Of a stretch of DNA of 30,609 nt, positions 15,910-23,146 are shown piece after piece. The notes below the pieces were generated by a model that saw nothing but the letters and a program-made list of their open reading frames with translations, was not told the origin of the DNA and searched no databases. Source of the DNA: a virus. Taxonomy: Duplodnaviria; Caudoviricetes. The number at the start of each line of letters is the position of its first letter. Position 1 is the stretch's first letter. The position numbers were made by a program, and so were the translations under genes. The stretch spans positions 1 through 30,609 of the IMG/VR virus record IMGVR_UViG_3300048447_000070; one strand, given 5' to 3'.

Positions 15910-17862
15910 ATGGCTAGTTTCTTAGATAGATTCAAAAACATTGTTTCTAAAAGCGCACAAAAAACCCATATAGATTTCAATAAGGCGATCTATAACTATT
16001 TAGGTGATACTCTTGTATGGAATCCAGAAAATGATGACACCTACATAGATAAAGGTTATAGATATAACGCTACGATTTATTCTATAATCAATTTAATCAA
16101 TAAAGCAGCCACTAACATTCCTTTCCAGATTTACGAGGTGCAAAAGGCAAACGATTTAAAAAGATATAAATCTTTAACCTCTGGAGAGTTCAACGCTAAT
16201 ACAGTTTTACAAGCCAGAATGCTACAAAAGAAGGCATTAGTAGAATTAGAGGGAACTGAGTTACATGAGTTACTAGATAGACCGAATCCAGCGCAAAGTT
16301 ACTCCTCATTTATTCAAGAGGTAATCGCTTTTGGTAAATTAACAGGAAATAGATATATCTATGGTATTTCACCAGAAACTGGATTAGGAGCAGGGAGATA
16401 TAAGGAGCTTTATGTATTGCCATCACAGAAAATAGAAATTAATTCTGGTGGCATAATGAACCCAGTTAAAGAATACACATTATCCTACAATGGAAATTAT
16501 AAAATATCCGCTGAGGATGTGTGCCACATAAAAGATCCAAACTTATACTATGATGGTACAGGATCGCACTTGTATGGGATGTCACCATTAAAAGCTGGTT
16601 TAAGAGTTATGGATGCGAATAACCAGGCATTAACTACTGGAGTTAAATATCTACAAAATCAAACAGCCAGGGGGGTACTAATGTCTGATGAAGGCGATTT
16701 AAACGAAACTCAAGCTAGAGCATTAAAAGAAAAATTTAAACAGCAGTACCAGGGAAGCGACAACGCTGGAGATGTAGTAATAACGCCTAAGAAACTATCT
16801 TGGATAAACTTTGGTTTAAATGCATCTGATTTATCTTTAATAGAGCAGTACAATGCAACTATAAAAGATTTATGTAATATCTATAATGTACCAGTACAAT
16901 TATTAAACAATACAGATAGCACTTCCTACAATAACATGAAGGAAGCTAAGAAGGCGCTTTATCAAAATGCTGTAATTCCAGAACTAAACAAAGTTAGAGA
17001 TGAATTAAATAGATGGCTCGCTCCTCAGTATGGCGAGAAGCTATATATAGATTTTGACTATTCAGCTATCCCAGAATTACAGGAAGAGATGGATAAGGTA
17101 GTTGGACAAATGAGCCAGGCGTGGTGGCTTACTCCTAACGAAAAACGTGCTGCAATGAGTTACGGTATGGATGAAGATAATTCTAAGCTAGATGATTACT
17201 ATGTGCCAGCTAATCTATTACCTATCGGCGGAGATATCATTCCAGAGATAGAGGATAAAGGCATCGATGTGGATATCGCTAAATTATTTAAATCACCAGT
17301 ATTAAATACTGTAGACACTTTTACTACTATAAGCGAAGCTCAAGCTAGAGCCGTTGAGATGGGAGGATCTGGATACCATGAGCATTTATTTAATGGATCT
17401 ACTGTATTCATGCCATTTGTAACTCACGCTGAATATGAAGCAGCTAAAAATAATAGATTAGATGATTACTATGCATCTCAAAGACAGGAGCAAGGTTTTA
17501 ATGATCAAGTAGATTTAAACTCCATAGAAACTAAAGAGGATACTTATAAGGATTATCCTCAAGGCGCTACTAATAACGCTCGTAGAATGATCGACTGGAG
17601 AGAGAAGTACGGTAGAGATGAGGTTACTGCTGGCACGCCTACTGGGTGGCAAAGAGCAAACCAACTAGCTAGTAGAGAAGCAATCTCATTATCTACGGTA
17701 AAAAGAGTTCACAGCTTTTTAGCTAGACATAAAGATAACGCCAAAATAGATCCAAAGTTTAAGGATACGCCTTGGAAGGATAAGGGTTATGTGGCATACA
17801 ATCTCTGGGGAGGTGCTGCCATGGTATCTTGGGCAAAAAAAATAGCAGAAAATGAGGGATAA
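15910..17862 (+). CDS. HK97-family portal protein with about 200-aa C-terminal extension
   Basis: LL.RPNP.Q, GN.YI, YGMSPL, YNVP..LL and LTPNE.R motifs in the first about 440 aa; extra domains follow. Confidence 0.92.
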   Translation: MASFLDRFKNIVSKSAQKTHIDFNKAIYNYLGDTLVWNPENDDTYIDKGYRYNATIYSIINLINKAATNIPFQIYEVQKANDLKRYKSLTSGEFNANTVLQARMLQKKALVELEGTELHELLDRPNPAQSYSSFIQEVIAFGKLTGNRYIYGISPETGLGAGRYKELYVLPSQKIEINSGGIMNPVKEYTLSYNGNYKISAEDVCHIKDPNLYYDGTGSHLYGMSPLKAGLRVMDANNQALTTGVKYLQNQTARGVLMSDEGDLNETQARALKEKFKQQYQGSDNAGDVVITPKKLSWINFGLNASDLSLIEQYNATIKDLCNIYNVPVQLLNNTDSTSYNNMKEAKKALYQNAVIPELNKVRDELNRWLAPQYGEKLYIDFDYSAIPELQEEMDKVVGQMSQAWWLTPNEKRAAMSYGMDEDNSKLDDYYVPANLLPIGGDIIPEIEDKGIDVDIAKLFKSPVLNTVDTFTTISEAQARAVEMGGSGYHEHLFNGSTVFMPFVTHAEYEAAKNNRLDDYYASQRQEQGFNDQVDLNSIETKEDTYKDYPQGATNNARRMIDWREKYGRDEVTAGTPTGWQRANQLASREAISLSTVKRVHSFLARHKDNAKIDPKFKDTPWKDKGYVAYNLWGGAAMVSWAKKIAENEG

Positions 17863-19715
17863 TGCTAAAGAAAGCAAAACAATCCTGGAAGGATAATTTC
17901 GATAAGGTACTAGAAAGCTCTGAATCTAAGGAATTTAGCAGAGTTAAAAAGTATTACGATAGTCAATATAGGCAAGCCATAGAGGAGTTTTTAACGACTC
18001 GAAAAACTACTGGATTCGATAATCTATTTAGGGTTTCGGATCTATCAGATCACTATAGCCGTATTTATGTAAATATTGGCTTAAAATTCGCTAAGTGGTA
18101 TTCTAAGAACTTTGATAAGGTAATCTCTAAGCAGGTAGATGTATCTGGTTACGATGATATCTGGGCGGAGAGATTTAATGCGGTAAGCCAAAAGATAGCA
18201 GCTGAAAGGGTTACTCTAGTACAGGGAACTGCTAAGGCGACTTTATCGAAAGTGTTTAAGCAATTATCATCAGATCCAGAATTTATGGTTATGGGTGAAG
18301 TCGAAGCTAGTAGAATATTAAGACAGAAATTTTCTCAATACTCTAAAAGTCAAGCGGAGCGATTAGTTAGAACTGAATCCACTAATGCAGCTAACGTAGC
18401 GACTCTACAAAGTGCTACGGATATGTTTGCACAGGAAAACCTACAAAAGGAGTGGATGACTGGTTTAGATGGCAAAGAAAGACCAGCGCATAGATCAGCA
18501 GATGGTCAAATAGTAGATTTTAAAGAGAGATTTATCGTAGGGGGGGAGCATTTATTCAATCCTGGAGATCCTGCTGGTAGCGCTAGGAATGTCATTAACT
18601 GTAGATGCTCTACAGCGCCATTTCCAAAAGAGGATGCTCAAGCGGCTGGTATTATAGAAGGTTTTGGAGTGCGTGAGCCAGCTTCGCCTAGTCGTAGTAT
18701 TCTAAGAACGCCTAAACCAGTTAGAGAGGCAGTAGAGGATACTGTAGAGCAAGTAGATGATATAGTATTTAAAAGCATAAAGGAGGCAGAGGATTATTTT
18801 ATAAATAATTTAGGCGGAAAGTTTACAAATTTAAAAGGCATGGATCAAAGGATCGCAAATCAGTTTGTAAATAGCGTTCGTAAAATGAAAGCTGAATTTC
18901 CTGGATTTAAACTAGAAACATTATCCACATTACCTAAGTATAGAGAGGCAATTTTAGAGGAAATAATGGTGCAAGCTAGAAAATCAAGCTATTATAAAAA
19001 AAATGCTGAAATATATGGAGCGTTTAGGTATGAGAAAGCAATGATTAAAAGATTAAAAAAAGATTTGAATTTGCAGTCATCGAAATCTGTAGCTTCCTTC
19101 CATAAAGCAAATGATTTTAAGTGGGTAATATACGATGTGGATCAAGATATGTCAAAATTTAGAGGTATTGTATCAAAAAATAATTACTCTAAAAGATCTT
19201 ATAATAGTTCGGTGCTTGATTCTAAACAGCAGAGAGATGCGGAGTGGTGGTCCAAAGGCGCTGATGAGAATACATTTAAACATACTGCTGTCCACGAAAT
19301 AGGTCACGCTTTAGATAATCAAATACAATTCAATAAAGAGCCAGAATTTATTAAGTATTATCAGAGAATAAGATCAAAAGGTGATGAATATACCTCTAGG
19401 TCACTATCAAAACCATTTAGATCAAATACCTATGTAAAAAGTAATCTATCCGAATATGGTAGCTATAATGAAAAAGAATTTATAGCGGAGGCATTAGCGG
19501 AGTTTTACAGCTCTGAAAATCCTAGACAAATAGCGAAGGATGTAGCTGAAATGCTTCGAAGGTATTGGAAAAAAAGACATAACAAATCAATGATTAAAAA
19601 CCAAACAATTAATTTAGATAATGAGTTTAGTGAGTTTCCAGATGGATATACTATAATTATAGAGCCGTATGGCGGTGGTCCTCATTTACCAGGTGATAAT
19701 TACGATAAATTTTAA
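17862..19715 (+). CDS. MuF (SPP1 gp7-like) minor head protein fused to a C-terminal HExxH zinc metallopeptidase-like domain
   Basis: RLVRTE, KEW....D...R..H...DGQ, PGDP.G....VINCRC MuF core. HEIGH at 19293-19307, and SEYG....EFIAE ending at 19490. Confidence 0.88.
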   Translation: MLKKAKQSWKDNFDKVLESSESKEFSRVKKYYDSQYRQAIEEFLTTRKTTGFDNLFRVSDLSDHYSRIYVNIGLKFAKWYSKNFDKVISKQVDVSGYDDIWAERFNAVSQKIAAERVTLVQGTAKATLSKVFKQLSSDPEFMVMGEVEASRILRQKFSQYSKSQAERLVRTESTNAANVATLQSATDMFAQENLQKEWMTGLDGKERPAHRSADGQIVDFKERFIVGGEHLFNPGDPAGSARNVINCRCSTAPFPKEDAQAAGIIEGFGVREPASPSRSILRTPKPVREAVEDTVEQVDDIVFKSIKEAEDYFINNLGGKFTNLKGMDQRIANQFVNSVRKMKAEFPGFKLETLSTLPKYREAILEEIMVQARKSSYYKKNAEIYGAFRYEKAMIKRLKKDLNLQSSKSVASFHKANDFKWVIYDVDQDMSKFRGIVSKNNYSKRSYNSSVLDSKQQRDAEWWSKGADENTFKHTAVHEIGHALDNQIQFNKEPEFIKYYQRIRSKGDEYTSRSLSKPFRSNTYVKSNLSEYGSYNEKEFIAEALAEFYSSENPRQIAKDVAEMLRRYWKKRHNKSMIKNQTINLDNEFSEFPDGYTIIIEPYGGGPHLPGDNYDKF

Positions 19716-19721
19716 TATTAA

Positions 19722-19729
19722 TATATTTG
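19722..19729 (+). promoter_or_regulatory. -7 element TATATTTG directly before protease ATG (probable leaderless transcript)
   Basis: Intergenic; 4 nt separate it from ATG 19734, the same spacing as at the TMP gene. Confidence 0.6.
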
Positions 19730-19733
19730 CATT

Positions 19734-20426
19734 ATGAATACAATTATTTACAAATCAACTCAGATAGGCGAGCTAATCGATGCAGATGCTTCCGCTGGAG
19801 TTGTTAAAGGTTATGGATCTGTTTTTGGTAATATCGACTCTGATGGCGATGTAATCAATAAGGGAGCATATAAAAAGACAATACAAGAGAACGCTAGAAG
19901 AGTAAAGTATCTTTATCAGCACGATATGGATAAGCCGCTAGGTAAAATGGTTCACTTGGAGGAGGATGACAAAGGTTTAATTTTTGAAGCGCACATTCCT
20001 AAAACACAATTAGGTAAGGATGTCGTAGAATTAATGAAAGCTGGAGTTATTACTGAAAACTCTGTAGGTATTTTACCAATTCAAAAAGAAATGGGTAATG
20101 ATGGCTACAGACATCTCAACGAGGTAAAACTTTTTGAGATTAGCGCTGTTACACTAGCAGCGAATGACCAGGCGATGATAATGGATGTAAAAGGTAATGT
20201 AAGTCCAGAGAAAATCGCTAAACGGTTTGATAAACTTGCTCATTTAATCAGAAAGGGAGAAATCTCTGATGATTTGGGATACGCCTTAGAGGCGGAAATA
20301 TTAAAGCTAAAGTCAATTTATGTAAATGTCACTCAGCCAACGGAAATAGAAGTTACTGAGCCGATCGAGGTAAAAGCAGACAATAGCGAGATTTATAACT
20401 ATTTGTTAAACACTCTAAAAAAATAA
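19734..20426 (+). CDS. HK97-family prohead protease
   Basis: GYGSVFGNIDSDGDVI.KGA, LYQHD...PLG, SVG and L.EISAVT.AAN motifs. Confidence 0.93.
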   Translation: MNTIIYKSTQIGELIDADASAGVVKGYGSVFGNIDSDGDVINKGAYKKTIQENARRVKYLYQHDMDKPLGKMVHLEEDDKGLIFEAHIPKTQLGKDVVELMKAGVITENSVGILPIQKEMGNDGYRHLNEVKLFEISAVTLAANDQAMIMDVKGNVSPEKIAKRFDKLAHLIRKGEISDDLGYALEAEILKLKSIYVNVTQPTEIEVTEPIEVKADNSEIYNYLLNTLKK

Positions 20427-20428
20427 TC

Positions 20429-21643
20429 ATGGAGGACAATATTAAAAAAGAACTCGATCAGATTGGAAACATCGTTGATCAGAAAATCGAGAAAGCATTT
20501 AACCAGGCAAAAGATAACGCCAAAGGAGAAATGGAATCATCTCTAAAATCAGAGATTGATAACTTAACTACACAATATGTAGAAAAAAGCGAAGCTCTAA
20601 ACAAGAGAATGGATGACATGGAAATCGCTGCAAAGAAAACACTTTCTGGAGCATCTCAGCAGTCGTTCAAGTCGGCTATTGAAAGCGCTTTAAATGATGG
20701 TGCTATCGAGGCAATGACTAAAGGTCACTCAAACGCTGCACGTTTTGAAGTAAAAGCAGACATGAGCTTAGGAGCTGATGTTACTGGAGTAGTAGCTGGA
20801 GAAACTATAGTGGACTCTATCAAGTACGATCCTAGCCGTTCAGTACATATTCGTTCATTATTACCTCAAGGATCTACTGACTCTCAAACTATCCGTTTCC
20901 CAAAAGAATCGGCATATACTGATGGAGCTGCTGCTACGGCGGAAGCTGCTGCATTTGGGCAATCTGATTTAAATCTTACTGCTACATCTGTAAACGTGGA
21001 GAAAATCGGTACTTATATGAGAATTACAGGAGAAATGCTTGATGATATTAAGCAGCTTACATCTTACCTATCAGCTAGAGTACCAGAGAAAGTACTTTCT
21101 GTAGAGGATAATGAAATCTTAAACGGAGATGGATCATCACCAAACTTAGATGGATTATTCACAGATGGAGCTAGTTTTATCACAGCTTCTAGCGGTGCGT
21201 TTTATCAATCTATCGAGTCAGCTAATGAGTTCGATGTGCTTACAGTTGCTTTAAACCAATTGGCATTATCTAACTACCAGGCAGATACTATCTTATTAAA
21301 TCCTACAGATCTACATAAGATGATTTTATTGAAATCTACTGCTAATGAGTATTTGAGAAATCAAATCTTTAGCGGAATACAGCCAACAATAAATGGTATT
21401 CCTGTGACTGTAAATACAGCAGTAACTGCTGGAAAATTCCTAGTAGGTAACTTACGCCAATCTTCACAGCTTTGGATTCGTGAAAACCTATCAGTTGAAT
21501 TTAGCCGAGAAGATAGCGATAACTTCCAGAAAAACTTTGTAACAGTTCGTGCAATGGAGAGAGTAGCTTTAACTAACTACCAGCCAAACGCAATCGTTCA
21601 AGGTACATTCTCAACTGCTAAAACAGCTTTAGAAACTGCATAA
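20429..21643 (+). CDS. HK97-fold major capsid protein with N-terminal delta (scaffold) domain
   Basis: 404 aa. Coiled-coil first about 105 aa; EMLDD, ILNGDG, LNP.D, GIPV and FQKNFVTVRAMER motifs. Confidence 0.94.
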   Translation: MEDNIKKELDQIGNIVDQKIEKAFNQAKDNAKGEMESSLKSEIDNLTTQYVEKSEALNKRMDDMEIAAKKTLSGASQQSFKSAIESALNDGAIEAMTKGHSNAARFEVKADMSLGADVTGVVAGETIVDSIKYDPSRSVHIRSLLPQGSTDSQTIRFPKESAYTDGAAATAEAAAFGQSDLNLTATSVNVEKIGTYMRITGEMLDDIKQLTSYLSARVPEKVLSVEDNEILNGDGSSPNLDGLFTDGASFITASSGAFYQSIESANEFDVLTVALNQLALSNYQADTILLNPTDLHKMILLKSTANEYLRNQIFSGIQPTINGIPVTVNTAVTAGKFLVGNLRQSSQLWIRENLSVEFSREDSDNFQKNFVTVRAMERVALTNYQPNAIVQGTFSTAKTALETA

Positions 21644-21684
21644 GACAGTAGATTAAGTTAAATAGCAAAATGAGAATTTTGATT

Positions 21685-21717
21685 AAGAGGGCATCCTTTA
21701 GGGGTTGCCCTTTTTTT
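21685..21717 (+). terminator. Intrinsic terminator after capsid gene
   Basis: AAGAGGGCA...TGCCCTTTT stem followed by a T run. Confidence 0.8.
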
Positions 21718-21742
21718 ATGTTTTAATAATATTTCTCTTAAA

Positions 21743-21787
21743 ATATTTGGAATTTCCTCAAATATTTGTAGTTTTGGAGAAACAAAC
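21743..21787 (+). promoter_or_regulatory. Early-type promoter copy 2 (-33 TTTG, 19-nt spacer, -7 TAGTTTTG)
   Basis: Full Bacteroidota consensus; ungapped similarity to 7346-7390. Confidence 0.75.
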
Positions 21788-21796
21788 TAATTAATT

Positions 21797-21961
21797 ATGA
21801 AAAAAATAGTACAAAGAATCACTCAATCTGTAGAGTGGGTGATATTGACTGAAATGTCTAAACCAATGATTATTCTAAAGGCAATTGCTTTAAACGTAGC
21901 TGGATATTTTTTTATGTATGCGCTTTTGGATTTATTTTTAATTTTTAAATACGGCTATTGA
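21797..21961 (+). CDS. Small membrane protein (54 aa, not in ORF track)
   Basis: MKKIVQRITQSVEWVILTEMSKPMIILKAIALNVAGYFFMYALLDLFLIFKYGY*; first gene after the promoter. Confidence 0.7.
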   Translation: MKKIVQRITQSVEWVILTEMSKPMIILKAIALNVAGYFFMYALLDLFLIFKYGY

Positions 21962-21962
21962 T

Positions 21963-22112
21963 ATGATGACTTTGCAGCAAAAGGTGAGATTAATTTTAAT
22001 CATTGGGTTTTTTATTTGGGGTACGTCTTTAGGGATAAGATATGATGCCGTTTGGGACTCTTTAGCTATGTATGTTTTAACTGTAATAATGATAAGATAT
22101 GCCGACAAATAA
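21963..22112 (+). CDS. Small two-TM membrane protein (49 aa, not in ORF track)
   Basis: MMTLQQKVRLILIIGFFIWGTSLGIRYDAVWDSLAMYVLTVIMIRYADK*; starts 1 nt after the previous stop. Confidence 0.68.
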   Translation: MMTLQQKVRLILIIGFFIWGTSLGIRYDAVWDSLAMYVLTVIMIRYADK

Positions 22113-22266
22113 AGAAGAGGATAAAAAAGTTCCATGCATATACGATTTTTACATAGATAGTATAAAAGGATTAACCGATAAGATGACTCCATCAGATTAT
22201 ATGTACCTTAGTGACATGGTATTTAATTTTAAAGGTAGAGTTGATGAAATACAAAAAAGAAAATAA
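22099..22266 (+). CDS. Small hypothetical protein (55 aa, not in ORF track)
   Basis: MPTNKEEDKKVPCIYDFYIDSIKGLTDKMTPSDYMYLSDMVFNFKGRVDEIQKRK*; tiles between its neighbours. Confidence 0.65.
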   Translation: MPTNKEEDKKVPCIYDFYIDSIKGLTDKMTPSDYMYLSDMVFNFKGRVDEIQKRK

Positions 22267-22267
22267 T

Positions 22268-22417
22268 ATGAAAATAGATGATTTATATACGATTTACACT
22301 CCAGGGGGGTATACTCCTCCAGATGATTATGAGGGTGGCTTTTGCAAGGTTTGCGATGAACCTAGCTTTGGCAATGACATTTGCAGTAATGAGTGCCATG
22401 AGGCGTTCATGATGTGA
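22268..22417 (+). CDS. Small acidic zinc-finger protein (49 aa)
   Basis: In-frame ATG 22268, 1 nt after the previous stop. CKVC...CSNEC four-Cys pattern (TRASH/FCS-like spacing). Confidence 0.72.
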   Translation: MKIDDLYTIYTPGGYTPPDDYEGGFCKVCDEPSFGNDICSNECHEAFMM

Positions 22418-22474
22418 ATTTAGTTTTCATTTTGATAGTAACCCTGGGCAAAATAACGCCTGGGGTTTTTTTTT
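22417..22474 (+). ncRNA. Candidate antisense sRNA B
   Basis: AATTTAGTTTTCAT (22417-22430) is 13/14 complementary to ATGAAAACGAAATT (9273-9286). A terminator follows; possible promoter TAGCTTTG at 22363-22370. Confidence 0.4.
22441..22474 (+). terminator. Intrinsic terminator ending the small-ORF island
   Basis: ACCCTGGGC-aaaataac-GCCTGGGGT 9-bp stem (2 G-U pairs) followed by a T run. Confidence 0.8.
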
Positions 22475-22475
22475 G

Positions 22476-22483
22476 TAGCTTTG
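22476..22483 (+). promoter_or_regulatory. -7 element TAGCTTTG before the endonuclease GTG
   Basis: Directly follows the terminator; 5 nt separate it from the in-frame GTG at 22489. Confidence 0.55.
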
Positions 22484-22488
22484 ACTCT

Positions 22489-22863
22489 GTGGATGTCAAT
22501 CAAAGGGGATGTTTAGCGGAGTATCTATTCGCTACAGAGTGCATGAAAAGAGGTTATTATATCTCTATGCCTTTATCTGATTCTAGTATATATGATGCTA
22601 TAGTAGATACAGGAGAACGACTTATAAAAGTTCAAATAAAATCATCTATAAAAGTTCCAAAAAAAGAAACTGAAAAAACTATCCATATACCATTACAAAA
22701 TAATAAATCAAAGTATACGATTGATAAGGTGGATTATTTTGCTGTATATAGTGATTTCTATGCTGGGTGGTTTATATTTAAAAATAATGGCGTAATGCAA
22801 TCAATAAGAATCTCATTAACAGGCAAAAACAAGATTTTTTTTAATAACTTTGCATTTGAATAG
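22489..22863 (+). CDS. Free-standing PD-(D/E)XK endonuclease (I-Ssp6803I / PDDEXK_5-like)
   Basis: G.LAE..F.......GY.ISMP......YDAIVD......VQIKS...Y....VDYFAVY. The track start 22414 runs through a terminator, so GTG 22489 is preferred. Confidence 0.8.
   Translation: MDVNQRGCLAEYLFATECMKRGYYISMPLSDSSIYDAIVDTGERLIKVQIKSSIKVPKKETEKTIHIPLQNNKSKYTIDKVDYFAVYSDFYAGWFIFKNNGVMQSIRISLTGKNKIFFNNFAFE
22845..22852 (+). promoter_or_regulatory. -7 element TAACTTTG at the end of the endonuclease gene, pointing into a non-coding unit
   Basis: Consensus TAnnTTTG about 70 nt upstream of a terminator end, with no ORF in between. Confidence 0.55.
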
Positions 22864-22925
22864 AATTTTTTTTCGTTTCAAGTTTGTTTGGAAAGGCGCT
22901 CCCTGTTAGGTGGCGCTTTTTTTTT
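22857..22925 (+). ncRNA. Candidate antisense sRNA C (about 70 nt)
   Basis: Has its own -7 element and terminator. Seed TTCAAGTTTGTTTG is complementary to AAACAAACT at 9064, 9262, 12235 and 21780, and to AAACTTGAA at 8162, all upstream of start codons. Confidence 0.55.
22892..22925 (+). terminator. Intrinsic terminator
   Basis: AAGGCGCT-C-CCT-gtt-AGG-T-GGCGCTTT stem followed by a T run. Confidence 0.75.
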
Positions 22926-22932
22926 ATCTTTG
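22925..22932 (+). promoter_or_regulatory. -7 element TATCTTTG for the neck/lysis operon
   Basis: Abuts the terminator T run; 16 nt before ATG 22949. Confidence 0.62.
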
Positions 22933-22948
22933 CTTTAAATAAAATTTT

Positions 22949-23146
22949 ATGAAAATTTCAATTATTAAAGAGGTTTATTCTAGCGATGGATGGAGAAAAG
23001 AAGGCGACTTAGTAGATTTAGATCCTAAAGTAGCTAGACACTACATCCAAAAGGGTATAGGAGTAGAGTATAAGGAGGAGAAAATTGTAAGAGAAACCAA
23101 AGAGGTGAAAGCGCCTAAAAAAAGAATAACTAAAGCTAAGAAATAA
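22949..23146 (+). CDS. Small basic protein preceding the head-tail connector
   Basis: 65 aa; GDLVDL....A...I.KG.G pattern and Lys-rich tail, as often seen between capsid and connector genes. Confidence 0.75.
   Translation: MKISIIKEVYSSDGWRKEGDLVDLDPKVARHYIQKGIGVEYKEEKIVRETKEVKAPKKRITKAKK

Noticed and set aside
18921-18929. Perfect DnaA box TTATCCACA
   Set aside because: Single copy inside the MuF coding region, far from the iterons; compatible with chance.
21938-22192. 84-aa minus-strand ORF in the island
   Set aside because: Tightly tiled + strand small ORFs downstream of a consensus promoter explain the region better.
22414-22488. Track N-terminus of the endonuclease
   Set aside because: It would translate through a terminator hairpin and T run; family-like sequence begins at GTG 22489.
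22418-22948. Group I intron around the PD-(D/E)XK endonuclease
   Set aside because: No interrupted gene, and the flanks (under 90 nt) are too short for a ribozyme core.
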